A stretch of DNA of 64,000 nucleotides from Spirochaetia bacterium (GCA_965199955.1 CBDATQ010000001.1:736001-800000), one strand, 5' to 3'; counted from the first letter of the stretch, positions 19,242 to 29,534 are shown. Made by a program: numbers and translations. Notes: a model not told the origin generated them from the letters alone.

Positions 19242-19676
19242 ATGCCCGAGGAGGAGATTCGCTGGCACTACCGGTTCCGCAATTTCTCCCGGGCGTTTGG
19301 CCGGTTGCAGCACGCGTTGCAGGAAGGATCGGAGGCCCTGAACGAGCTTGAGCAGGAAGGCGTCATCCAGCGCTTCGAGTACACGTTCGAGCTGGCATGG
19401 AATACGCTCAAGGACTACCTGGAGTACGACGGCGTGGTGCTGACGCAGGCAACTCCGCGCGCCGTCCTCCGCAAGGCATACCAGGCCAAGCTGATCTCCG
19501 ACGGCGAACGTTGGATCGACATGCTGACCGATCGCAACCGCATGTCACACATGTACGACAGCGATACGTTCGAAGGGATCATCAAGGAGATCGAGGAGCG
19601 GTATGTCGAGCGCTTTCACGAGCTGCATACCCGGCTGAGTCGAGAGATTGCTGAACAGGAGGTGGGTGAGTCGTGA
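19242..19676 (+). CDS. HEPN-domain protein (HI0074 nucleotidyltransferase substrate-binding family), putative RNase toxin
   Basis: EGVIQRFEYTFELAWNTLKDYL; R-X4-H-X-Y motif RNRMSHMY. Confidence 0.88.
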   Translation: MPEEEIRWHYRFRNFSRAFGRLQHALQEGSEALNELEQEGVIQRFEYTFELAWNTLKDYLEYDGVVLTQATPRAVLRKAYQAKLISDGERWIDMLTDRNRMSHMYDSDTFEGIIKEIEERYVERFHELHTRLSREIAEQEVGES

Positions 19677-20011
19677 GCAAAGTCGAACTCCCTGCCGCAA
19701 CGCTGCGCGATCTCGTCACCGTGTTCAGACGTTACTCTGACCTGAAGCAAGTGATCCTGTTCGGCTCGCGGGCCACCGGAAGAGCGACCGACCGGTCCGA
19801 TATCGATCTGGCTACGCGCGGGATCATGGACCGCCACCGGCTTGGCCGGCTCGCCCTCGACCTTGACGAAATCTCCATCCCCCAGGAGTGCGAGGTCCAC
19901 GCGTACGAGCAGATCGATTACGAACCGCTGAAGGCCCATATCGACCGATGGGGGGTCCCGATCTACGAAGCGGGTGCTGGAGCGAGGCTGCGATCCGCCG
20001 GCCGGTCCTGA
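19673..20011 (+). CDS. Minimal nucleotidyltransferase (MNT), putative antitoxin
   Basis: LFGSRATGRATDRSDIDLA (GS-x10-DxD); GTGA overlap with the HEPN gene. Confidence 0.88.
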   Translation: MSKVELPAATLRDLVTVFRRYSDLKQVILFGSRATGRATDRSDIDLATRGIMDRHRLGRLALDLDEISIPQECEVHAYEQIDYEPLKAHIDRWGVPIYEAGAGARLRSAGRS

Positions 20012-20066
20012 TTACAAGGCTCGGCAGCGCCTGAAGTCGGTTCTGCCTGCCGTGTCGGCCACAGCG

Positions 20067-21197
20067 TCAGTTGTAGCGGCGGGCGGCGATGAACTCCCAG
20101 TCGAGGGTCACGCCCAGGCCCGGCACGGACGGAACGGCCACCGTCCCGTCGGCGTCGATGGGGATGCGTTCCCGGGTGGTCCGCCAGCGCAGGGGCGAGG
20201 AGCTGGTCGAGTATTCCAGCACCTCGGCGTCGCGGTGGTTGGCAAGGAAGTGCAGGTTGGCGGCGATCTCGATGTTGGTCTTGTAGCCGTGGGTGATCAC
20301 CCGCTTGCCGCGCTCGGCCGCGGCGTCGGCGATGCGCCGGATGTGGGTGAAGCCGCCGACCTGGGTGATGTCGGGCTGGCAGATGTCGGCTCTGCCGCGG
20401 TCCATGGCCTCGATGAACTCGTCCACGTGCGTGAGGCCCAGGTCGCCCACGCCGAGCGGCACGCCGCGGCCGGCCATGCGCGCGTGCCCGGCCACGTCGT
20501 CCAGCGGCAGCGGCGCCTCCAGGAACCAGATGCCGACCTGCTGCAGCACCGGCAGCAGACGCAGGCCTTCCTCCGCGGTGCGGTAGGCCATCTGGGCGTC
20601 GACGATCAGCTTGGCCGCCGCACCGGCCTCGGCCCGGCCCGCCTGCAGAAGCCGCGCGGTCGCGTCCAGGTCGTCCATCCACCACGGATCGGCCGAGAAC
20701 TTGAAGTTGCGCAGGCCCATGGCGCGGGCCGCGGCGACCTGCGCGCGCACTTCGTCTTCCTCCCGGGCCATGGGGTAGATGGTCCCGTACGCCTCGACGC
20801 GCTCGCGCCGGCGTCCGCCGAGCAGCTCCGAGATCGGCTGGCCGGCCGCCTGTCCGGCGATGTCCCACAGAGCCAGGTCGATGCCGCCGATGGCGTGCAT
20901 CATCAGGCCGCGGCGTCCGACGTAGTCGGTGGCGTCGTACATGAGCTGCCAGAGCCGCTCCGGGTCGGTGGGATCCCCGCCGATCAGCAGCTCGCGGAGC
21001 CCGCGGGCGTGGTTGTGCGCCGCCCGCGAGCGCACGATGGCCTGGATCGCCGCCGGCAGCGACTCGGTCTCGCCGATGCCCGTAAGCCCCTCGTCCGTAC
21101 GCACGACGATCACGCAGTCGTCGTAGGAGCCGTCGAACAGGCCGATGTTGGGGTCCTCGACGCGGATGTGCATCGCCTCGATGTCGGTGATCTTCAT
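20067..21197 (-). CDS. Mandelate racemase/muconate lactonizing (enolase superfamily) enzyme
   Basis: AIGGIDLALWDIAG; IVDA; FLEAPL; QPDITQVGG; VPSVPGLGV; GAGGAG RBS. Confidence 0.88.
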   Translation of the reverse strand: MKITDIEAMHIRVEDPNIGLFDGSYDDCVIVVRTDEGLTGIGETESLPAAIQAIVRSRAAHNHARGLRELLIGGDPTDPERLWQLMYDATDYVGRRGLMMHAIGGIDLALWDIAGQAAGQPISELLGGRRRERVEAYGTIYPMAREEDEVRAQVAAARAMGLRNFKFSADPWWMDDLDATARLLQAGRAEAGAAAKLIVDAQMAYRTAEEGLRLLPVLQQVGIWFLEAPLPLDDVAGHARMAGRGVPLGVGDLGLTHVDEFIEAMDRGRADICQPDITQVGGFTHIRRIADAAAERGKRVITHGYKTNIEIAANLHFLANHRDAEVLEYSTSSSPLRWRTTRERIPIDADGTVAVPSVPGLGVTLDWEFIAARRYN

Positions 21198-21219
21198 GTG
21201 CGGTTCGCTCCTCGCGGGT

Positions 21220-21943
21220 TCATGGGGGTGAGATCAATGTCGCCTGCAGCCCCGGCGCACTGCCGCAGAGCGTTCGGCCGTTCCAGGCCATGCCGGTGGA
21301 GGCGAGGGCGGCACAGCCGATCGGTTCACCGCCCTGCAGCCGCACCACGGCAGCTCGGCCGCCGACCTCCAGCACGGACTCGTCGCAGCTCACGGTACCG
21401 ATCCGTGGGGGCGTTGCCGAACAGTATCAGGTCGCGCCGCTCGCCGCGGGTGACGCTTACTGCCTGCAGGTCGTTCCGGTTCCCGATCGCGTCCAGTCGC
21501 GGCTGCATCTGATCGCGGCCCGCCGCGGCCAGCACGGTGAGCCTGCGGAACCGTGCCGTCGGTGCGTTCGTCGCCCAGTGGTACTCGCTGCCATCCGAGA
21601 GCCCCAGGAAGTGCGGGCGATGCTCCCACACCGGACTGTCCCACGTGGAGCGCACGTGCTGGATGTAGCGCATGACCTTGCGGGCGGGCGCAGGGAAAGT
21701 CTCGTCCAGGCTCGCTCCGGTGCAGGCGGCGATGATCGGCTGCGCCTCCACCAGCTCCAGAAGCGTGCCGACGCCGTAGCCCGGCCCCTCGCCGCACACC
21801 CCTTCCTCGTTCCATGGGCGGCGCGCGAACTCCGCCAGAAAGCCCTGCGTCCACGCGAACAACCGCTCGCAGACCCGATCGCGGCGGCGCTTGGCCAGGA
21901 TCTCGCGCTGCCGGCTGACATCCAGGTCGAAGCGGCGGCGCAC
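21220..21943 (-). pseudogene. Internally deleted, frameshifted remnant of a larger gene (possibly heparinase/lyase-like)
   Basis: Coding-like segment with EGPGYG; a second frame carries the C-terminal GTVSCDESVLEVGGRAAVVRLQGG...* upstream of the racemase; no credible start. Confidence 0.35.
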
Positions 21944-22046
21944 GGTCAGACTCCCGGTTGCTGCTGCATCGGATAGCCGAACTTGTCTTGACGAGGTTGG
22001 CTGAGCGGATCGCCGAGGTGCGCGGTTCGCGCATCGAATGCTACGG

Positions 22047-22272
22047 CTCGCTGGACCTGTTGCTGCGCTCGCAACGGCGCCAGGGGTTCGAGCGTGGCCG
22101 CGCAGAAGGACGCGCGGAGATGGTCAGGCAAATACTGCTGTCACGGGGTATCGAGGTTTCGAAGAGATTCCCCGCTGCCGCGGCGGCGTTCTCCGCGGCG
22201 TCCGAGGGCGTGCTGATTTCGGCCGCGCTCGCATGCACTGACGAAGCGGACTTCCTTGCCGCGCTTTCGTGA
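22047..22272 (+). pseudogene. C-terminal stub of an Rpn/Uma2-type PD-(D/E)XK protein
   Basis: RRQGFERGRAEGRAEMVRQILLSRGI...AALAC.DEADFLAAL is the EGxxEG linker plus small helical tail; the nuclease part is absent. Confidence 0.5.
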
Positions 22273-22361
22273 TCGCGCGACGTAGTCGCGCAGCCCAGCG
22301 CAGGTGTCGGTGTCGAGGCAGGTCACGAAGTCTCGATCGAGGAGGTCAGAGCCTGGCTCGC

Positions 22362-24464
22362 CTATTCTTGACGGAGCGATGCTTGGTCGCGGAGCGCTGT
22401 CGACAGGTGGGCTTCGACTTCCGCTTCGTCGCACTCCGGCATCAGGACGTAACCGGGGCCGAGCTCGCCGAGTATCTCGTCAGCTTCCGCAGCCGGCAGC
22501 GGACGGCGCTGCGCGTCGAGAGGATTGGCCAGCAGCAGGTGGCCGACCGCCAGGGAGCGCGCCACGAGCGGCAGGTCCAGGTGGCGGAGCGCGTTGGGCA
22601 GGAATGCGGCTGCCGGCCAGCGGTACTCGGGCACGGCTGCCAAGTCCAGGAAGCGGGTGGGGAAGTCGACCGCGGCCACCAGAGTGACCGTGGCGGCGTC
22701 CGGTTCCGCAGCGGCCGGGTCGTCCAGCAGCGCCGCCGCCAGCAGCGCCGCGGCGCCGCCCAGCCCGCGGCCCACCAGCGCGAGCGGCGCGTCGACGCGC
22801 TCCTCTGCCACGGCGCGCGCCAACTCCACCAGCGCCCTGGTCTGGACGGCCAGCAGGCCGTCGCCGATCGCGCACGCCAAGTAGGACAGGATCCGGTCCA
22901 TGCTGCCCCAGCCGGCCGCCGCGAACGGCGCCAGCGCCGGCCGCGATTCGCCCCAGCCCGGCAGGTCCGCCACGACCAGCTCGGGCAGCACGGCGCCCGG
23001 TGTCCGCTCGAACATGTCCGCCAGGCGCGCCGCCAAGCCGTTGCGCTCCAGCGCCGTGTGGCGGCCGCGATCGTCCACGAACACGACCAGGGCGCCGGCC
23101 CGCGCCGACGGGCGGGGCCGCAGCACGCTGGCCGGCATCGACAGACCGTCCGCGGTGACCGCCAGCGCCTCCCGGTAGTCTTGCGACCAGAGCTGGAAGG
23201 GCTCGCCCTCCGACCAGCGGGCGGGACCGCCCGGGGCTCCGGTGACCGCGCGTACCGCCTCGGCCAGCGCCGCCGCGTCCAGGCGCTCGGGCAGACGTGC
23301 CGCCTGCCGGTGGGCCAGGGCGGCGTTGAGCGTGTACATGTTCTCGACCGGCGCGGGATGGCAGCGCAGGTTCCCGTACGGCAGCATCGGGAAGTCCGCC
23401 GGATCGAGCGCGGGCACCGGCCGCTCCGGCTCGCCGAGCAGCCAGCGGTTCATCCATGCGGTGAAGCGGCGGACCTGCGCCAGGGTGTAGTCGTGGCCGG
23501 CATCGTCCTCGAAGAAGGCGAAGCGGTCGCGACGGTCCGCAGCCTCGAAGGCGCCGGCGCACAGCTCCGCCAGGCTGCGGCTCCACTCGATGTGGAAGAC
23601 CTCGTCGTGCCGGCCGGCCATCAGCAGGGTCGGAGTCGGCATGCCGGCCAGCAGCACGTCCACCTCGTCAACGCCCGCGCCTATGCGGTTCCACCACAGG
23701 CCCTCCGGACAGGGCGCGTACAGGTCGCCGACCGGGTGATCGGCCATGCGGTTCAGGCAGCAACTCGGGCCCTGGCAGGCGATGCGGTCGTCGAACAGGG
23801 TCGCGAACAGCGTGGTGTGGCCGCCGCCGCTCACGCCGCTCATGCCCACGCCGCGGCTCAAGTCCACGTCGCTGCGGGTGGCCAGGTAGTCGATGCAGCG
23901 CAGCGCGTCCAGGACGAAGTAGCGGTTCGACGAGTGGCTGGTCAGGTAGGTGCGCACGCCGTCTACGAAGTGGTCGTTGCCGGGCTTCTTCTCGGATTCC
24001 TGTCCGGGCGGATCGAACAGCACGGCCAGGAAGCCGAGGCTGGCGAACGCCTGCGCGGGTATCTGGTACTCAGCGTGTTGCTTGCCCGAGTGCCCGACCG
24101 GCAGGACCACCGCGGGAAACGGCCCCGGCCCGTGCGGGACGAAGACCGAGGCGTTCACCTCCCATCCGGGGAACGACTCGAACAGGACGTTCTCGATCCC
24201 GCAGTGGCGGGTCTCGTGCCGGCTGACCGGCTGCGCTTCCACCACCGCCCCTGACTCCCCGAACGGCATGGGGCCGAACGCCGTGCGGACGTGGGCGCGA
24301 ACCTCCTCGCCCAGCTCCCGCCAGCGTCTGGCGGTCAGGAGCCGCTCACGTTCGCGGTCGCGGCGATTCAGCCGGTCGACGGCGCGCGAGGCCAAGTGCC
24401 GGGTGAGCTCCGTACGCAGGTCGCCGCCGGCCGGCAGCGGAGCCGGCACGCCAGGCGCGATCAC
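22362..24464 (-). CDS. Two-domain alpha/beta hydrolase (acetyl-xylan-esterase-like)
   Basis: FESFPG.EVNA..FVP; PAVVLPVGHS; DALRCIDYL; nucleophile GVSGGG; second domain has GRGLGG without Ser. Confidence 0.75.
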   Translation of the reverse strand: MIAPGVPAPLPAGGDLRTELTRHLASRAVDRLNRRDRERERLLTARRWRELGEEVRAHVRTAFGPMPFGESGAVVEAQPVSRHETRHCGIENVLFESFPGWEVNASVFVPHGPGPFPAVVLPVGHSGKQHAEYQIPAQAFASLGFLAVLFDPPGQESEKKPGNDHFVDGVRTYLTSHSSNRYFVLDALRCIDYLATRSDVDLSRGVGMSGVSGGGHTTLFATLFDDRIACQGPSCCLNRMADHPVGDLYAPCPEGLWWNRIGAGVDEVDVLLAGMPTPTLLMAGRHDEVFHIEWSRSLAELCAGAFEAADRRDRFAFFEDDAGHDYTLAQVRRFTAWMNRWLLGEPERPVPALDPADFPMLPYGNLRCHPAPVENMYTLNAALAHRQAARLPERLDAAALAEAVRAVTGAPGGPARWSEGEPFQLWSQDYREALAVTADGLSMPASVLRPRPSARAGALVVFVDDRGRHTALERNGLAARLADMFERTPGAVLPELVVADLPGWGESRPALAPFAAAGWGSMDRILSYLACAIGDGLLAVQTRALVELARAVAEERVDAPLALVGRGLGGAAALLAAALLDDPAAAEPDAATVTLVAAVDFPTRFLDLAAVPEYRWPAAAFLPNALRHLDLPLVARSLAVGHLLLANPLDAQRRPLPAAEADEILGELGPGYVLMPECDEAEVEAHLSTALRDQASLRQE

Positions 24465-25729
24465 GCTCCGCCGTTCTTCGCGGCGAAAATCGTGAGCTTG
24501 GTGGCGTCGCCGATCTGCTCCAGATGGGGACGGAGGCCGGACAGGCGTTCGGACTCGCGGACCAGCTTGAGAAAGCCCTCACCGCGCGCCTCCATGTAGC
24601 TGGTGCCGGTGAGCGGGCTCTCGTAATCGCGCATGAAGCCCGCCAGGAACTGGTTGCGGCGGGCAGGTTGGCACCCCGCGTACAGGTTCTCGACGGTCAG
24701 CGTGTTGTACAGGGCGCCGGGGTTCTGGAATTCGATGCGCTCGGGGAACAGGCGGATGATGATCTGTGATCCGCGCGCCTCGTAGTCGCGGTGGACGATC
24801 GAATTGACAACGGCTTCCTGAAGCGCAGTCTGCGCATAGCTCGGAAAATCATGGCGGCCGTCTCCGTCCTTCCTGGATGCGGTGGGGATCAGAGGGGACG
24901 ACCGGAAGTAGGTGAGCACCTGCCCGATCTGCTCGGGCAACGGCCCCGTGATGCGCCTGCTGTCAACGGTGTTGCCGTCGGCCGTGTCCTGATGGTAAGC
25001 GGCGACGTCGACGTATGCGCCGGGCAGAAACCGCTCCGGTTGCTCCGCGAACAGGAGTATTCCCAGGTGGGTGGGAGTGACCCCGGAATCGGTCGAAGCT
25101 GCCAGCTTGTGAGTCACGAGCGAATGAGCCCAGTCGTCCGGCCGCGACCAGTCGGGGAAGCGGTCGCGGAAGTACCGCTCCAGCCGAAGATCGTGGAGGT
25201 CGTCCACCGTACTGCCGAACACGGGCCGTTCCTCGATCGGGCTTGCCATGCGGCGGGCGCTCAGCATGCGGGCCAGCCGTTCGGCCGGAATCAGCCGCCG
25301 GTGGCTGCCGATGCGATGGAGAAACCGCCCGTCGCTGGTCTGGTGCACGTCGAACTGTGACGGCGGGATTTCGACGATCAGGCACATCACGGGCGTCTGG
25401 TCGGCGCTTGGCAGGTACTCCCAATTCAGGGCCGGAACGATCATGGGGATGCAGTTGACCGTCGCCGCGTTGATGACGAACTGCTCCAGGAGATCGCGCC
25501 TGTCCGGATCGACACCGACCGGCAGTCGGTCGGTGTCGCGGACGCCCATCACGACCATCCCGCCCTGCGTGTTCGCCATGCTCACGAACACCTCGGCGAG
25601 CCGCGCCCCCGAACGGGACTCATCGCGTGCGAACGCGATCCGGTTCCCGCGGAAAACCACCTCCTTCAGCTCGAGCTCGGTGTCCTCGCCGGCTCGAATC
25701 GAGGCGATGAGGGCGTTGGTGTCCAGCAT
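24461..25729 (-). CDS. Second Schlafen/AlbA_2 + RecG-C-like (HATPase_c_4) protein
   Basis: GEDTELELKE; SMANTQGG.VVMGVRD; RIGS; ALQEAVVNSIVHRDY; NPG; RNQ.LA; MEARGEG. Confidence 0.85.
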   Translation of the reverse strand: MLDTNALIASIRAGEDTELELKEVVFRGNRIAFARDESRSGARLAEVFVSMANTQGGMVVMGVRDTDRLPVGVDPDRRDLLEQFVINAATVNCIPMIVPALNWEYLPSADQTPVMCLIVEIPPSQFDVHQTSDGRFLHRIGSHRRLIPAERLARMLSARRMASPIEERPVFGSTVDDLHDLRLERYFRDRFPDWSRPDDWAHSLVTHKLAASTDSGVTPTHLGILLFAEQPERFLPGAYVDVAAYHQDTADGNTVDSRRITGPLPEQIGQVLTYFRSSPLIPTASRKDGDGRHDFPSYAQTALQEAVVNSIVHRDYEARGSQIIIRLFPERIEFQNPGALYNTLTVENLYAGCQPARRNQFLAGFMRDYESPLTGTSYMEARGEGFLKLVRESERLSGLRPHLEQIGDATKLTIFAAKNGGA

Positions 25730-26081
25730 GGCTTACGCCTTCACGTGCGTTCTTGGCGCCACATGGCGCTGTCCATGCTCACGTTGCTGTTCTTTTTCAC
25801 CAGTCGATGCTTATTGATCGAATGTACTTCGGCTGTCCCGCTCTCGGCGGGGTCCGGGGCTCTCGCTAGCGTTCCGTTGCATCTCTCGCACATGTTAGCA
25901 GAGTGGGCTCTCGTTGGACCTTGGCAGAATTGTAAAGTCCCATCTTATTTCGGATACATCGACAGATATCTCCACAAGAAACTCAGTCTATCGAGAGTAG
26001 CAGAACTCTGAGACCAACGGGCGGTTCAGTTGCCGATTGACGCGTTCTATAGGTTGAGGCTGAGGACTCGAAGTTGAAAGT

Positions 26082-26885
26082 TTAGGTGCTCTCCTGCTCG
26101 GCCCGCCACTGCTCGTACTCGCGCTGGCCTTCCTCGCTCAGTGGGTAGTACGTGCTGATCGAGCCGCCCTCGGCCAGGCGCAGGCGGCTGAACTCCTCCC
26201 ACTCCTCGTGGGCGGTCGTGCCCACGGCCAGGTCGCTCGCCATCTTACGGGGCACGATCACGGCGCCGTCGTCGTCGGCGATGACGATGTCACCCGGCAT
26301 GGCCAGCACGCGGCTGACCGCCACCGGCACGTTGTACGCCCACGGGAACAGCAACGCCTGCGAGGCGTAGTGCGGGGTGACCCCCACCGTCCAGAGCGGC
26401 AGCCCGATGTTGCGCACCTTGGGCCAGTCGCGGATGCAGCCGTCGACCACCAGGCCGACGCCGCCGCGGCCCTTGAGGTAGGTGATCAGCATCTCGCCCA
26501 GGCAGCCGGTGTAGCGGTCGCCGTACGCTTGCACCACCAGCACGTCGCCGGGCCGGATCTCGTCGAGCACGCGCCACAGCGCGCTGACCTTCTCCGTATG
26601 CTCCTGGCCGATCCCGGAGGCGATGTCCTCGCGCTGCGGCATGAACTGCAGCGTGACGGCGGTGCCGATGGTGCTGGTGCCGGGCAGCCGCTGCACCGGC
26701 CCCTGGACGAAGCTCTGCCGCACGCCCATGCCGTGCAGGCCGGCCGCGGCGGTGGCGGCACTGACCCGGCTGAGCTCCTGGATGAGCGCCGGGTCCGCGC
26801 GCGGGAAGTCGGGTCCGTGAATGGGCAGCGTCAGGCCGTCCGGCATGTGCTGCGGACCGACGCGCCGTTCCTCGTGGTCTGACAT
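26082..26885 (-). CDS. RraA/HMG-aldolase family protein
   Basis: GTAVTLQFMP.RED; GDVLVV; GEML; GLVVDGCIRD; PGDIVIADDDGAVIVP. GGAGG-like RBS precedes ATG 26885. Confidence 0.85.
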   Translation of the reverse strand: MSDHEERRVGPQHMPDGLTLPIHGPDFPRADPALIQELSRVSAATAAAGLHGMGVRQSFVQGPVQRLPGTSTIGTAVTLQFMPQREDIASGIGQEHTEKVSALWRVLDEIRPGDVLVVQAYGDRYTGCLGEMLITYLKGRGGVGLVVDGCIRDWPKVRNIGLPLWTVGVTPHYASQALLFPWAYNVPVAVSRVLAMPGDIVIADDDGAVIVPRKMASDLAVGTTAHEEWEEFSRLRLAEGGSISTYYPLSEEGQREYEQWRAEQEST

Positions 26886-26913
26886 GAGTCCTCCTTGGCG
26901 GGTGACCCGATGG

Positions 26914-28833
26914 TCAGTCCCAGGGGGTATGGTAGCCGGGCGCGCCGGCATGGCGGTCCATCACCAGGGAGAGCCTCAGCTCGGTGCCGGCCGGCAGCAC
27001 CACCTGCAAGTAGCGGCCGTCCGCCTCCATCGTGCGCGGTTCGGTGTGGACCTCCGGCGGCGAGCCGTTGCCGATGGCGCCGGGGTAGTCGCTCACGCGC
27101 TCCCGGAACGCGGCCTCCCGGAAACGGTGCTCGCCGAAGCCGCCCGCCTGCAGGATCACGGTGCGGTCGGCGAGGCCGCTGGTGTTGACCAGGTGCAGGT
27201 TCAGGCTTCCCCGGTCGACCGACGTCACCAGCGCGGCCACGTCGGCGGGCAGACCCGGCCGGCGCCGCTCCGCGTCGAAGTAGCGCAGCCGGCAGTTGAA
27301 CAGGCCGCCGTTGTAGATGATCTGCGGCGAGCCGGTGGTCAGGTGCACCAGCGCCTCCGTCGTGATCGGGTTGGCGTCCTGCCAGTGGTGGATGTGCACG
27401 GTGGTGATGTCCAGGTCGTCGCGGCGGATCTGGTCCAGGCGGCGGCTGGCCTGCGCGTACGCCTGCCCCAGGATCGCCTCCGGATAGTCCGGGTTGTCGC
27501 CGCACAGATAGGCCAGCCACGCCGGCTCGTGATCGGCGTCCTCCTTGCCGCGCATCGGCACCACCCGGCGCCAGTCGGCGGTGGAGCGGGCGCGGATGGC
27601 GAGCAGCCGGTTCCAGTCCTCGGCCTCCTCCGTCACGTTCCAGAGCGCGGCCGGCACGCGGGTCGACATGGGCTGGAAGTCGAACCAGCCGTGATCCCCG
27701 TAGCGGTAAGGGACGACGAACTCGATCTCGTCCGGCGGCTGCGTGGCGAAGAACTCCGGCAGGCTCATCTCCAGCTCGGCGTACGGCAGGTCGCGGCCCT
27801 GCTCCCAGACCGCGTCGAACTGCTGGCGCGGCAAGTCCAGGAAACGCCGTTCTCCCGAGATCAGGAAGGCGTTGAGCGCGGCGTCGACCGCCGCGTAACC
27901 GATGTTGTAGTAGCCGTGCGGCCAGGTCCAGCCGTACAGCCCGCCGTACCACTTGCCACCCAGGTATTCGCCCACCTGGCCGGACTGGCCGATGTTGTCG
28001 GGCAGCAGCCCGCCGTTTGCCTCCGCCCTGGCCAGCCACGCGTCGGTGTACTCCAGGACCCACTCGCGGTAGCGCTCCTCGCCGGTGAGCAGGAACGCGT
28101 TGGTGATCAGGCTGGTGACGCACAGGTTGCCGGCGACGTCGCCGCGCCCCATGCGCTCCTCCATCACCTCGCCCATGCGGCGCGCCAGAGCCGGATCGCG
28201 CAGATCGTCGTAGGACGTGATGCGCGGCACATCGTGGTACGGCAGGCCGTAGCGGGACATCCTGGGGGACCATCCGTAGTTCGGTTCGGTGTCACTGAGG
28301 CCCCAGCGCGGACCGCCGGCGCCGTTGTGCGGGGCGCGGATCAGGCGCCGCTCCCGGTCGTAGTTGGGCGCCTCCGGGTCCGATCCGAGGTAGAAGCCGG
28401 CGAACCGCTCCGCCCGCTCGCGCAGCAGCGCGTTGCCGGGGTCGGCCAGGCACAGGGCGTAGAAGTAGATGTAGCTCTCCGACTGGTGGAACTGGTCGTA
28501 GCCCAGCTCGTACTCGCGCGTGACCACGCCGTAGGAGGTGAGCTGCCGGGTCACCGCGTCCCACTGCCGGTGGCTCAGCGGCAGCAGCCGGTCGCCGCCG
28601 CCGAGCAGGTAGTACAGGGGCCAGTTGCCGAAGCTCTCGTAGAAGTCGTCCCCACCGTCGCGGCTGGGGTACCCCTCGGTCGCGGCGTCGCGCCAGATCA
28701 GGGTGCCGTCGGCAGCGGTGTATTTGTCCAGGAACGGATCGACCGACGCGTCCAGCAGGTCGAACAGTCGCCGTTCCAGAACCGCCCAGGCGGGAAGTTG
28801 CGTGTATGGCGTGGTCGCGGTGATGGAGGTCAA
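26914..28833 (-). CDS. Uncharacterised 639-aa Trp/Tyr/Gly-rich protein (possible (alpha/alpha)6-barrel enzyme)
   Basis: Long ORF with host-like codon bias; DDFYESFGNWP, YDQFHQSE, GKWYGGLYGWTWPHG; no family recognised. Confidence 0.75.
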   Translation of the reverse strand: MTSITATTPYTQLPAWAVLERRLFDLLDASVDPFLDKYTAADGTLIWRDAATEGYPSRDGGDDFYESFGNWPLYYLLGGGDRLLPLSHRQWDAVTRQLTSYGVVTREYELGYDQFHQSESYIYFYALCLADPGNALLRERAERFAGFYLGSDPEAPNYDRERRLIRAPHNGAGGPRWGLSDTEPNYGWSPRMSRYGLPYHDVPRITSYDDLRDPALARRMGEVMEERMGRGDVAGNLCVTSLITNAFLLTGEERYREWVLEYTDAWLARAEANGGLLPDNIGQSGQVGEYLGGKWYGGLYGWTWPHGYYNIGYAAVDAALNAFLISGERRFLDLPRQQFDAVWEQGRDLPYAELEMSLPEFFATQPPDEIEFVVPYRYGDHGWFDFQPMSTRVPAALWNVTEEAEDWNRLLAIRARSTADWRRVVPMRGKEDADHEPAWLAYLCGDNPDYPEAILGQAYAQASRRLDQIRRDDLDITTVHIHHWQDANPITTEALVHLTTGSPQIIYNGGLFNCRLRYFDAERRRPGLPADVAALVTSVDRGSLNLHLVNTSGLADRTVILQAGGFGEHRFREAAFRERVSDYPGAIGNGSPPEVHTEPRTMEADGRYLQVVLPAGTELRLSLVMDRHAGAPGYHTPWD

Positions 28834-28849
28834 GGTCCGCTCCTGCCGG

Positions 28850-29458
28850 TCACGCTTCCGGAAGCTCGTTGCGGAAGTTGTCCTCGGGCCCGAACGCCTC
28901 CCAGGCGGTGTTGAAGAAGGCGCGCTGTGCGTCGGTCAGCGTGGCCATCGTCTCCGGGCCGGGGATGCGGTCGGGCTGCCAGTGATAGGTCGCCGCCCGG
29001 TCGTTGTACTTGTAGAGCAGGCCGTAGCGCGGCTCGTCGGCCTGCCAGCGGTTGGCTCCGTGGGCCAGCGTCTCGGTGAAGATCCGGTCCCCCTGGACGG
29101 TGTAGCGGAAATTGACCCGTCCGCCGCGATGGCCGCCGTGCATCTCGAACTGCGGGCAGCCCTTGGAGCGCACGAAGCTGTAGGCGCTCTCCAGGCGCAG
29201 CTTGGGCCCGATGATCTCGGCCAGCACCTCCATCAGCTTGGGGTGGTCGATCAGCGAGATGAACGGCTCGCCCGCCTCGACCAGGCCCGCGCAGCGGTGC
29301 CAGGTGCCGTTGGCGTCGTAACCGTCGGGCGTCTTCTCCAGCGGCTGCATGCGCTCGGTGATCTTGCGCTTGGCCGTCTCGCACTGCTCGTCGGTGAGCA
29401 CGTCCTCGACGAGGAGGTAGCCCTGCAGGTCGAAGAGGTACTTCTGCGTGGCCGTCAT
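28850..29458 (-). pseudogene. PhyH-family dioxygenase paralog with 183-bp in-frame internal deletion
   Basis: Close paralog of 39355-40152 but lacks GLTVVSF...GSAI (61 aa including GGFACIPGSHK); junction at CGGTGAAGAT 29074-29083. Confidence 0.88.
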
Positions 29459-29534
29459 GGCCTGAGCCTATGTGTCTACGGGATTGCCGCGCAAGCGCAC
29501 GCCCGACGACGCCTCCCCGATGACCCCGCGGCAC

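Noticed and set aside
25745..26011. 88-aa ORF in the AT-richer spacer
   Set aside because: No RBS, motif or codon bias; treated as non-coding or relic.
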